Source of the DNA: a virus | Length of the DNA stretch: 64,000 bases | Virus record (IMG/VR): IMGVR_UViG_3300033148_002693 | Coordinates: 1-64,000 of that record | Strand: one strand, 5' to 3' | Part shown: positions 9,326 through 17,668 of the stretch, piece by piece | How the letters are laid out: every line of letters starts with the position of its first letter | How positions within the stretch are numbered: the stretch's first letter is position 1 | Translations under genes and position numbers: made by a program | Notes under the pieces: model-generated | What the model was told of the DNA's origin: nothing | Database searches by the model: none | What the model saw: only the letters and a program-made list of their open reading frames with translations

Positions 9326-10807
9326 ATGGCAAAGTTTAATGAGAAGTCGAAGGGCACGAAAACCATGAATGTGGCCGGTGGTGCTGCGTTCAAGGAGTCA
9401 GCCGAACTCGAATTGGTATCTCTCATGCTGACATCGTTTGTCAATGATAGGTACTATGAGAGCGCTCATGATAGCCTGAAAAGGCTGGAACTTCTGATTG
9501 GTGAGGTTGATCCGAAGTTCGCTGCCCAGGCTACTGTGTATGCACGCCAGGAATTTGGGATGCGGTCGATCAGCCATGCCGCCGTCGTTGATATCGTGTG
9601 GGGGGCATCTGGTAGTGATTGGACACGCTCCTTCGTCTACAATGCAATTCATCGTGTCGACGACATGACTGAGATCATGGCCCGGCACATCTCCAAGTAT
9701 GGCAAGCGGCCAATTCCCAATGCGTTGAAGGTCGGGCTTGCCAGGGCGTTCGACAAGTTCGATGACTATCAACTCAGAAAGTATCGTGGGGAGCGCAAGG
9801 CTGTATCGTTGATTGATTTGGTGAACCTGGTTCACCCGAAGCCGACAGAGAGAAACGCCAAGGCCCTTGCGGAACTGGTCTCTGGAAAGTCGAAGGGGGC
9901 GGAGACCTGGGAAGTCAAACTTACTCAGGCAGGCCAGCAGGCGACGAGTAAAGAGGAGAAGGTGAAGCTAAAGGCTGAGGCTTGGAAGTCCCTCTTGGAG
10001 AACCGAAGGATCGGATACTTCGCATTGCTCCGGAACCTGAGAAACATCTTGCAGCAAGCCCCAGAACTTGTGGAGTTGGCTTGTGAGTTGTTGGTCGACG
10101 AGCGGTTGATCAAGAAGTCGCTCGTCATGCCGTTCAGGTACATGGTGGCCCACGACGTTCTGATGAAGGAGAAGGGGGCGTCCAAAATCTTGCCGGCGTT
10201 GAACAAAGCCCTTGAAATCTCTTGCGCCAACGTTCCCAAACTTCCGGGAAAGACTGTGGTCCTCATGGACGACAGCGGGTCGATGACTTGGCGTGGTAGG
10301 TTGAACGGGAAAGATTCAAGCTATTCTGCGGCAGATATTGCAGCGACATTCTCTGCGATTCTGTTGAAAACTCAGCCCGATGCCGATCTAATCATGTTCA
10401 GCAGCAATGCTCGGTACAAGAGCCTGAATACTGATGACAGTATCCTGACCATGACTGCGATCATCAATGCAAGCAAGACCGGCGCAGATACAAATTTCCA
10501 GGTTCCCTTCCAGGTGATGGGAGATACAAAGTACGACCGAATCATCATCTTGTCGGATATGCAGGGATGGATGGGTGGCGGATATGGTTGCCCGGTCAAG
10601 TCGTTCGCTGAGTATCGTGAGCGGAGCGGGGCTGACCCGATTCTTTACTCCTGGGACCTTTGCGACTATGGGACAATGATGTTTCCTGAGCGGAATGTCT
10701 ACGCTTTGGCTGGCTTTAACAGCGAGGTGTTCAGCATCATGGAGTTGTTGGAGCAAGACAAGCAGGCATTGGTGAACAAAATCAAAGATGTAGATTTGAC
10801 AAGTTGA
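9326..10807 (+). CDS. rsr: Ro60/TROVE-domain RNA-binding protein with C-terminal vWA domain
   Basis: N..GG.AF start, YARQEFGMRS, FDDYQLRKY, LVHPKP, TWE, YFALLRNLRNI, PFRY, vWA MIDAS D-D-S-G-S-M, IIILSDMQ. Confidence 0.93.
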   Translation: MAKFNEKSKGTKTMNVAGGAAFKESAELELVSLMLTSFVNDRYYESAHDSLKRLELLIGEVDPKFAAQATVYARQEFGMRSISHAAVVDIVWGASGSDWTRSFVYNAIHRVDDMTEIMARHISKYGKRPIPNALKVGLARAFDKFDDYQLRKYRGERKAVSLIDLVNLVHPKPTERNAKALAELVSGKSKGAETWEVKLTQAGQQATSKEEKVKLKAEAWKSLLENRRIGYFALLRNLRNILQQAPELVELACELLVDERLIKKSLVMPFRYMVAHDVLMKEKGASKILPALNKALEISCANVPKLPGKTVVLMDDSGSMTWRGRLNGKDSSYSAADIAATFSAILLKTQPDADLIMFSSNARYKSLNTDDSILTMTAIINASKTGADTNFQVPFQVMGDTKYDRIIILSDMQGWMGGGYGCPVKSFAEYRERSGADPILYSWDLCDYGTMMFPERNVYALAGFNSEVFSIMELLEQDKQALVNKIKDVDLTS

Positions 10808-10824
10808 GAAAAGTTTGATACAAT
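10796..10824 (+). promoter_or_regulatory. Sigma70-type promoter upstream of the portal leader
   Basis: TTGACA(10796-10801)-17-TACAAT(10819-10824). Confidence 0.7.
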
Positions 10825-10951
10825 GTAGTTACTTATGAGGTGTTCGGTTGGCACAATGGCGTTGGGTAGCGAGGCGCTAAGCGCCTCGTACCCGATTTTA
10901 CCGTAAAACTAGAAAACAATGTTGAGCCCCTATTCCGACCGCAGAGCGAGG

Positions 10952-10980
10952 GCCTGATGCGGAAGCGTCAGGCTTTTTTT
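10952..10980 (+). terminator. Intrinsic terminator-like hairpin directly before the portal gene
   Basis: GCCTGATGC-GGAA-GCGTCAGGC followed by T7. Confidence 0.75.
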
Positions 10981-10997
10981 GTTGCTCGGAGGTCGGG

Positions 10998-12773
10998 ATG
11001 CCTTTCTACGATAGGTTCTTCAAAAGACGATCAGTTGAAACAGATTTCGCAGGAACAGATTTTGCATCGGAGACATTATCGACTGCAATCAAGTCTGTAG
11101 TCAACGACTCTGTTCAACATACCAAGTTCGAGGGCGATATAGATGCTGCTACGTGGTACTCGTTCTTGGCTGAGGTCAGTTCTGGCATTCCCCCATACGG
11201 AACTCAAAAGCGCGACGCATATCTTGGAAACCAATGGCGGAAAGAGGCCATCTTAGCTAGTGCCGTAGCTACTATGGCTATGAAAGTCAGTTCTCAGGAA
11301 TGGACGTTGACTGGTGGCAGAAATTCGGTTGCGCGCTCCCATGCTATCTTGTCCGAATGGGATGGGATGGAAGCAGGATGGACACAGGGCATACAGAAAT
11401 ACGTCGAGGCTATCTGTATTTACGATAGGGGAGCGTTTGTAGAAATCACTCATGCAGGTCGTGATCCTGATGCCCCTGTTACTGGACTCGTTTCGTTCGA
11501 TCCATTGCGATGTATGCCTACTGGAAACGCAGAATTCCCCGTTGTGTGGAAAGATAGTTCAAACACGTGGCAGAAGATTCCTGCCAATAGCGTTGTACAT
11601 CAAGTCATACTTCCGGCGGTGAGCGATAGTTTATTAGGGATGGGATTTAGCCCTGTTAGCCGTGCTCTATCGGCCGCGCAGATATTGATCAGCCTCGTGA
11701 ACTATGATCTTCAGAAGCTTGCAGACTTGCCCCCTCAAGGTCTTGCGATTGTGTCGAATATGAGCAGGAAGAAAGTTCAAGAAGGATTCAATGAGTTCTT
11801 GGCGCACAAAGCCAACAAAGGCAATACTATATGGTCAGGGTTGCTTTGGCTGATTCCTGGCGGGTCTGTTGGGAAGGCTCCACAACCGGATGTGAAGTTC
11901 GTTCCGTTTGCTGAATTGCCTGACCAGTTCGACCGTAAACTCATGTACGAAATCTATGTGAAGATTCTCGCTATCTGTTTCGGGGTTGATGTGTCTGAGT
12001 TCTGGCAAGTGGATCATGCCGGCGTTACCAAAGCTGAGGCTGCTGTCCAGCATCTGAAAGCTAAGGGTAAGGGGATCGGTGATATTCTGTCTGGTATTGA
12101 ACGTTGGGTTAATCTCAAGGTTTTGCCTTCATCTGTTCAGTTTCATTTCGATGCTATTGATGATGAACAAGATGCGTCCAGGGCGGAGATAAGTAAGATC
12201 AACGTTCAGTACGTTTCTGAGTTGTACAAGATTCCCAATGGTCAGATTGAAAGCCTTATTGACCGCTACGAGGCGAGGCAGCTTTTGTCCAGGCTGAGGG
12301 TGTTACCATCTGACATGGTTGACACAGATGAAGATATTCGAACCGACACTGAATCTAAGGTCAATTCGCATGACAAGTTGATGCGTAGTATAGCCTATAA
12401 CCGTGGTGAAGATATTTTGAGGGTGAATTCTGCCGGCGACATTATCATGGTCTGGGAAGCCAGCAGAACGTTCCCTGGGTTTGAACTTGTGAAGTCGCCG
12501 TTGTTCATTGGCGGTAATGGAAAAGAAGAGAAGCAATTGCGATTGCCAGGGGACGGGATAGATTTGACGAAACCCGAACCGGAAGAGGTAGACAAGCCAG
12601 ACAATTTGTCTCAAGAGGTGGGCGATCTGGACAATTGGAGGAAGTCTGACATCGGTGGCTGGTATAGAGACCTGGGTGAGTTTGTTGGCGGGTTCTTGGG
12701 TGATATCGAGGAACGTGAAAGCGAGTTCGTTGATGAGGAACCAGTGGAGATAGAGGAAGGGGTGATGCTGTAG
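10998..12773 (+). CDS. Portal protein
   Basis: 591 aa; first gene of the head module; G.SP...A, I...FGVD..EF, L..IERW.N....P..V.F.FD patterns of HK97-like portals. Confidence 0.85.
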   Translation: MPFYDRFFKRRSVETDFAGTDFASETLSTAIKSVVNDSVQHTKFEGDIDAATWYSFLAEVSSGIPPYGTQKRDAYLGNQWRKEAILASAVATMAMKVSSQEWTLTGGRNSVARSHAILSEWDGMEAGWTQGIQKYVEAICIYDRGAFVEITHAGRDPDAPVTGLVSFDPLRCMPTGNAEFPVVWKDSSNTWQKIPANSVVHQVILPAVSDSLLGMGFSPVSRALSAAQILISLVNYDLQKLADLPPQGLAIVSNMSRKKVQEGFNEFLAHKANKGNTIWSGLLWLIPGGSVGKAPQPDVKFVPFAELPDQFDRKLMYEIYVKILAICFGVDVSEFWQVDHAGVTKAEAAVQHLKAKGKGIGDILSGIERWVNLKVLPSSVQFHFDAIDDEQDASRAEISKINVQYVSELYKIPNGQIESLIDRYEARQLLSRLRVLPSDMVDTDEDIRTDTESKVNSHDKLMRSIAYNRGEDILRVNSAGDIIMVWEASRTFPGFELVKSPLFIGGNGKEEKQLRLPGDGIDLTKPEPEEVDKPDNLSQEVGDLDNWRKSDIGGWYRDLGEFVGGFLGDIEERESEFVDEEPVEIEEGVML

Positions 12774-12941
12774 TGTGTCCCTATTGTGGCATGAATCATT
12801 GTTGGGAGAAGTGCCCACGAATCAAGAGTATTGAATGGGCTGAGGGTTCTGGTGGCTATTACAACAATGTGAAGAGAGTTGAGTTTTGGTCTGATGAAGA
12901 ACTGGATTCGGAATTCAGAGAAGCGTGGTTAGGGAAGAACC

Positions 12942-13721
12942 GTGAAGTCAATTGATTTGTCATTGCCGAATTCTATCACTGAACCAATTGAATTGTACTC
13001 TGATCCAGGACTATCAGATTGGGCGTCGAAGGTGGTATTCAACCCGCCCTGGGCCAGAATGGTTTTCAGTGTATATGCGATGGATGCCGACGCGATGGCC
13101 GCGATGCAAGAACGCATTTCCAGGTCGTATATCAGGACCTACCAACGTACATTGAGGAATGAAATGCAGAAATTGGGTTGTCGGGGAAGGGTTAAGTTAA
13201 CCGACGCAACTCAATTGAAGATGTTAGATGATGAGGCTAGGAAGTGGGCGCAGAGCATCACGAATACATATAACCAGAATCTTGCTGGACAGATTACGAA
13301 GGTCATAGACGGATACAGGCAAGATCACAAAGGGTCATTAAGGGGCATCAATCGTTATGTTCTATCGAAGCGGTTGAGGCCATGGACAAGGAATTATTGG
13401 AGAGGTCGAAGGCGTAAGGGCGGCGGCTGGGTGATGGGAAAGTTAAAGTCGGTTGCCGTCACTGAGGAGACGAGGGCGCACCTATTTGCTTTGAGGGAAT
13501 TTTATAAGCGGACGCCAATCGAAGGTATCAAGGGTAGAGTGTCGCCGCGCATGGCAGTTTGTGATAGATGCGCTGATCTGGTCAGGTTGGGATGGATGGA
13601 TATTAAAGAGCTAATGTCTCAGGTAATTTTGCCTCAGCATCCAAACTGCCCACATGAGATACAAACAAAGCGAGATCGGCGTAGAAAGGTAGATTGTAGC
13701 AAGGCTTGGAAAGGTGGATAG
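12942..13721 (+). CDS. Head morphogenesis protein (SPP1 gp7/Mu gpF-like)
   Basis: Follows portal; AVTE..RA, C..C and C-terminal P.HPNC.H motif. Confidence 0.75.
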   Translation: MKSIDLSLPNSITEPIELYSDPGLSDWASKVVFNPPWARMVFSVYAMDADAMAAMQERISRSYIRTYQRTLRNEMQKLGCRGRVKLTDATQLKMLDDEARKWAQSITNTYNQNLAGQITKVIDGYRQDHKGSLRGINRYVLSKRLRPWTRNYWRGRRRKGGGWVMGKLKSVAVTEETRAHLFALREFYKRTPIEGIKGRVSPRMAVCDRCADLVRLGWMDIKELMSQVILPQHPNCPHEIQTKRDRRRKVDCSKAWKGG

Positions 13722-13778
13722 TTCCCTGAGCGGAGTCCATGCCGCAAGGGGGATTGAGATAAATCGACGGAGAGAGTA

Positions 13779-15680
13779 ATGCCCTGGAGCAAGTCTAATC
13801 CTCCCCCTAACACGGGGAGACTAAACGACAGACAACTTGAAGCGTGCATCAGCGCAGCCAATAATGCTTTGGAAACTAATGCTCGATTGCCCAAAGATGA
13901 AAGAGAATCACGCGCCATGAGGGCTTGCTGGGCCGCCGCGAGGAATGCAGGGTATAGACCCCAAAAGGGGGTAGGTGATATGAATGATGCAGACAAGAAA
14001 ACCTGGACGACCGCTTACATCAACTCGCTTCCGGATGCGGCTTTCGCAGTGATAAAGCCAGGGGGCGAGAAAGATGATGAGGGGAAAACAAAGCCCAGAA
14101 GTTTGAGAATGCTTCCGCATCATAATGCGAGTGTGAAAAGTGCGACTGAGGACAAAAGCGTCGACTTGCCGCACTTACGCAATGCGTTGGCGCGAGTCAA
14201 TCAATCGGGGACCAAGCTTACAGATTCTGAGCGTAGCAAAGCCAAGAGCCATCTGGAAGCGCACGCCAAGAAACTTCTGAAGAAGGATTTCGAGAGCAAG
14301 GCTGTGGGTTCACGAGAGGTATTCAACAAGATATACGGAGACATCCATGATAACTATACCGACGAAGAGGTCGTTACTGTTTTGGGTGAGAACGGTAACA
14401 TTCATCAGTACACCATTGACAGGCCACAGTATTTCTTGATGGATATTATGGTGGACGAGGAATGGGCGCTGTTGACTTCGTATGATGACGGCGGATACCG
14501 CAAGCGACACCTGTGGAAACTTCCGTACACCATCGAGGATGAAGAAGTCGCTCCTGATTGGGAGGGCTTGATCGAAGTGAAAGTCGAGTACGTCCCTAAG
14601 ATGGCAGGTTTCAGCGTTTTCGAGCGTGACGGCAAGCGTTACTGGTTGTCGCTGACAGCATCTTCGTTCAAAGATAGGGAGGAGGAGATCATATCGAATC
14701 GCTCCATTGACTTGGGTATTGCTGATGCTGATGAGCGTGGTGAGTATGGCCGGTTGAATATCTATCATGTACGTGGAACTGAAGTTGGAACGTGCCTGGC
14801 GATGATGCGTGCTGGAAACTTCGTGCTTGAGGTTGGCGATTGGGATGATACATCAATGGCCGACAAAGCATACCAATGGGCGAAAGACAATCCCGATATA
14901 GTCGGGATGAGTACAGAATTCTGGTATCAGAAGAAAGATCGAGTAAGACGGTTTGGAGATGTGAGCGTGTATACTGGTCCGATCAAGTTTCAAGATAGGG
15001 CTATGCTCAAGCGAGAACATGCTGCTTGTCCCTGGACCGATCTTACCACAGTTCAGTTGGAGGATAAAATGAGCAGAAAAGGTGATATCGCCGAAATCAT
15101 CGGTGATGAACTGACTGAGGAGGCGATCATGGCTGCAAACAAGCGAACCCTTGAATTGGTTGAGAGCGGTGAGATGTTTGCAGAAAAAGAGACTTCTGAG
15201 GATTTGGAAGAGTCTACTAAGGAGACCGTCGGGGAAGCGACCGAGAAGACCGCTGAAGAGATGGTTGAGGAAACGACTGAGGAATCTTCCGAGACTGAAG
15301 AGGTTAAGGGCATCGAAAGCGCCGAGATATTCCTGAGTGATGAAGCCCTTGAGGCGATTGCTGATGAGGTGGAGAAGCAGGTTGCTCCGGTCTTGGCGGC
15401 GGTTGATGCCTGGGCGGAAGATTTGGGTGCTACAATCGAAAAGCTGGTTGATGGGATCGGCGGATTGACCGAAGAGGTTGTGGCTCTGAACAAAAGCGAC
15501 ATTGAGAAGCAGAAAGAACTATTGACTGAGCGACCGCGCATTGCCATTCGCAAAGCTGCAAATTCTGACAGCATCCAGACAGTAGAAGAAAAGGATGCTG
15601 AGGAGCATGAAGAAGTTGATGTCACGAGAATGACATTGCCCGAATCTGCCGCTTTCGCACGTGAGCAGCGTGGTTGGTAA
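13779..15680 (+). CDS. Capsid maturation protein: ChaB-like N-terminus, putative protease domain, acidic scaffold
   Basis: MPW..S.PP...AAN.AL...A...WAA (ChaB-like); INSLPDAAF...HLRNALAR segment; DREEEII...H...VG...GMS protease-like core; Glu-rich C-terminus; directly precedes the capsid gene. Confidence 0.7.
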   Translation: MPWSKSNPPPNTGRLNDRQLEACISAANNALETNARLPKDERESRAMRACWAAARNAGYRPQKGVGDMNDADKKTWTTAYINSLPDAAFAVIKPGGEKDDEGKTKPRSLRMLPHHNASVKSATEDKSVDLPHLRNALARVNQSGTKLTDSERSKAKSHLEAHAKKLLKKDFESKAVGSREVFNKIYGDIHDNYTDEEVVTVLGENGNIHQYTIDRPQYFLMDIMVDEEWALLTSYDDGGYRKRHLWKLPYTIEDEEVAPDWEGLIEVKVEYVPKMAGFSVFERDGKRYWLSLTASSFKDREEEIISNRSIDLGIADADERGEYGRLNIYHVRGTEVGTCLAMMRAGNFVLEVGDWDDTSMADKAYQWAKDNPDIVGMSTEFWYQKKDRVRRFGDVSVYTGPIKFQDRAMLKREHAACPWTDLTTVQLEDKMSRKGDIAEIIGDELTEEAIMAANKRTLELVESGEMFAEKETSEDLEESTKETVGEATEKTAEEMVEETTEESSETEEVKGIESAEIFLSDEALEAIADEVEKQVAPVLAAVDAWAEDLGATIEKLVDGIGGLTEEVVALNKSDIEKQKELLTERPRIAIRKAANSDSIQTVEEKDAEEHEEVDVTRMTLPESAAFAREQRGW

Positions 15681-15702
15681 GTTTGGGTGAGGAGAGAATA
15701 CG

Positions 15703-17046
15703 ATGGGTATGTTGGATCAATTGATGGCTGAGATTCAGACCGTGAAAGGTCTATCTCAGAAAAGCGATGCATGGACTGCTGGCGGCGGGATGTATACTGC
15801 TGGTATGTTCCAGTGCTGCACCGATGCGGACATCCTGTCTTGCGCGGTGATCGATGACAACTTCGAGAAATGGCTTGGTTGGCTTCCGTCGACCGAGCAA
15901 ATCCTGGTGTGGGGGTTGTTAGATTGGTTTGGACCGGAGGGTACTGAGGCCGGTTCGATCACATGGGAACGCGCCACACAGTGTGGTGATTGCCCCTCTG
16001 TCGAGTGGGGTAAATGCGAGTTGATGAGTTGTTTCGGAGAGGTTTGTGCAAGTTCTCCTGAGCTTGACATTCTCAATGTCGGGTTGAAGTATTGCCAAAG
16101 AAGCCCGACCTTCTGGGTCGATGGTCCGAATCAAGGGCAACTCATCACTAATGACGAGAAGTGGGCGCTATTCCTGGTTGCTCAGATTCTGGCGCAGAAC
16201 CTGAACAGACAGTTGATTCAAGGCAACCGTGCATCGAACCCGCGAGAGTTTGACGGCATCCAAGTTTTGATCAATACGCCAATCACCGACATTCACAACG
16301 GCAACGAGTGTGTCGGCGCAGAACCGGTCATCTATGATTGGGCGAACGCCGCTATGTCGGACAACATCTGCAACGTCGTCACCTCTGTGGTTCGCCGAAT
16401 CCGCCGAAGGGCGAGTTTCATCGGCGGGGTGAACAGCGCGGCTGGCGATATGGTTCTGTTGATGACCCCGACCATGGCTGATGCCCTGTTGGATTGGGCG
16501 GCTTGTGGTTGTGGGCCTTGCTCTGGCGATACTGGTACTGTGACTATCGACGCCTTGGCGTCTCGCACTGAGCGGGCGCGACTTGCCGGCGGTCTGTATG
16601 GAATGGGTCAGTTTGAAGTGGATGGGACTGCGGTTCCGATCATCACCACAAGCTGGATTCCTGAGACTTCCAGTGCTCCGTACTTCTGCTCCGATATCTT
16701 CGTCCTGACGAAGAAAGTGGGCGGAAGGCCGATCATGTACGGTCAGTATCAGGACTTTGCCGCGACGACTGCCGGGATGGACCTGGGCGACCGTGTTCGG
16801 GCCTATCTGTCTGATGGTGGTAGATTCATCAATATGTTTGAGAATACGAACAACTGCTACACCGCGACCTCGATCATGAAGGGCCGCATCGTTTCTCAAT
16901 TACCGTGGCTGCAAGGCCGGATCACCGATGTTTGTGCTCCGTTCGTGCTGCCGCCTGAGTCTGCGAATCCGGAAGATGACTACTTCCACGCTTCTGGTGA
17001 GAGCCAGGCTGAGAGTGTGGACGACTACTTCTATGGGTCGTGCTAG
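15703..17046 (+). CDS. Major capsid protein (Cys-rich)
   Basis: 447 aa after scaffold; LIQGN....EFDGIQ.LI motif of HK97-fold capsids; strongly biased codons; followed by a strong hairpin. Confidence 0.8.
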   Translation: MGMLDQLMAEIQTVKGLSQKSDAWTAGGGMYTAGMFQCCTDADILSCAVIDDNFEKWLGWLPSTEQILVWGLLDWFGPEGTEAGSITWERATQCGDCPSVEWGKCELMSCFGEVCASSPELDILNVGLKYCQRSPTFWVDGPNQGQLITNDEKWALFLVAQILAQNLNRQLIQGNRASNPREFDGIQVLINTPITDIHNGNECVGAEPVIYDWANAAMSDNICNVVTSVVRRIRRRASFIGGVNSAAGDMVLLMTPTMADALLDWAACGCGPCSGDTGTVTIDALASRTERARLAGGLYGMGQFEVDGTAVPIITTSWIPETSSAPYFCSDIFVLTKKVGGRPIMYGQYQDFAATTAGMDLGDRVRAYLSDGGRFINMFENTNNCYTATSIMKGRIVSQLPWLQGRITDVCAPFVLPPESANPEDDYFHASGESQAESVDDYFYGSC

Positions 17047-17052
17047 GAAGGA

Positions 17053-17080
17053 TAATGGAGCGGGGCAACCCGCTCCATTA
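17053..17080 (+). terminator. Perfect 12-bp hairpin after the capsid gene (terminator or mRNA stabiliser)
   Basis: TAATGGAGCGGG-GCAA-CCCGCTCCATTA; no U-tract. Confidence 0.65.
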
Positions 17081-17094
17081 GTAAATGGAGGTTA

Positions 17095-17664
17095 ATGATG
17101 GTAGAGAAGGTTATGCCAGTTGGTCATGATTTGGACCTTTTGGATGAGTTGAAGGTCGAGTTCTTGTCTGGCGGTGATCCACTGGAAACCGTTAATCTTG
17201 CTTTCAAAGAGAGCGCTCAAATTACACGTCCTGCGAATACCACACAGTATTCAGCGGGTGATGTGGTTACAGGGACAGTATCGGCAGCATTGGAATTTGA
17301 TGTAGCGAGAGAGAATGGCGGTGGTGGGTGGATCAATAACGTCATACTCGTATCCGATAATGCCCCTGCTGCGACGGGTCAATTTCACATATGGATATTC
17401 ACAGAGGCCCCGACGGTCGCCGCCGATAATGCCGCCTTTGCCGCTACCGATGCTGAGTTGCGGACGTTGGTTGCCATTCTCACGTTAGACATGGCCGAGC
17501 AAACAGCGAATGGGACTGCTTATCAGCAGAGCGATCCGCGGGCGACGTACTTCGTATGTGCGGCTGCTGATTCAAGCCTGTACGTGATAATCACGGATGG
17601 TAACGCATACACGCCGGCCAACGGAGAAGTGTTCGACCTGACACTGTTCGGAACTCAGGAATAG
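17095..17664 (+). CDS. Putative virion/head decoration protein
   Basis: TRPANTTQYSAGDVV...AYTP beta-rich protein directly after the capsid gene. Confidence 0.55.
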   Translation: MMVEKVMPVGHDLDLLDELKVEFLSGGDPLETVNLAFKESAQITRPANTTQYSAGDVVTGTVSAALEFDVARENGGGGWINNVILVSDNAPAATGQFHIWIFTEAPTVAADNAAFAATDAELRTLVAILTLDMAEQTANGTAYQQSDPRATYFVCAAADSSLYVIITDGNAYTPANGEVFDLTLFGTQE

Positions 17665-17668
17665 CCCT

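Noticed and set aside
15053-16899. Long minus-strand ORFs (15053..15772, 16168..16899; likewise 28692..29429, 42192..43061, 46255..47055)
   Set aside because: They are antisense shadows of well-supported plus-strand genes and have no recognisable motifs.
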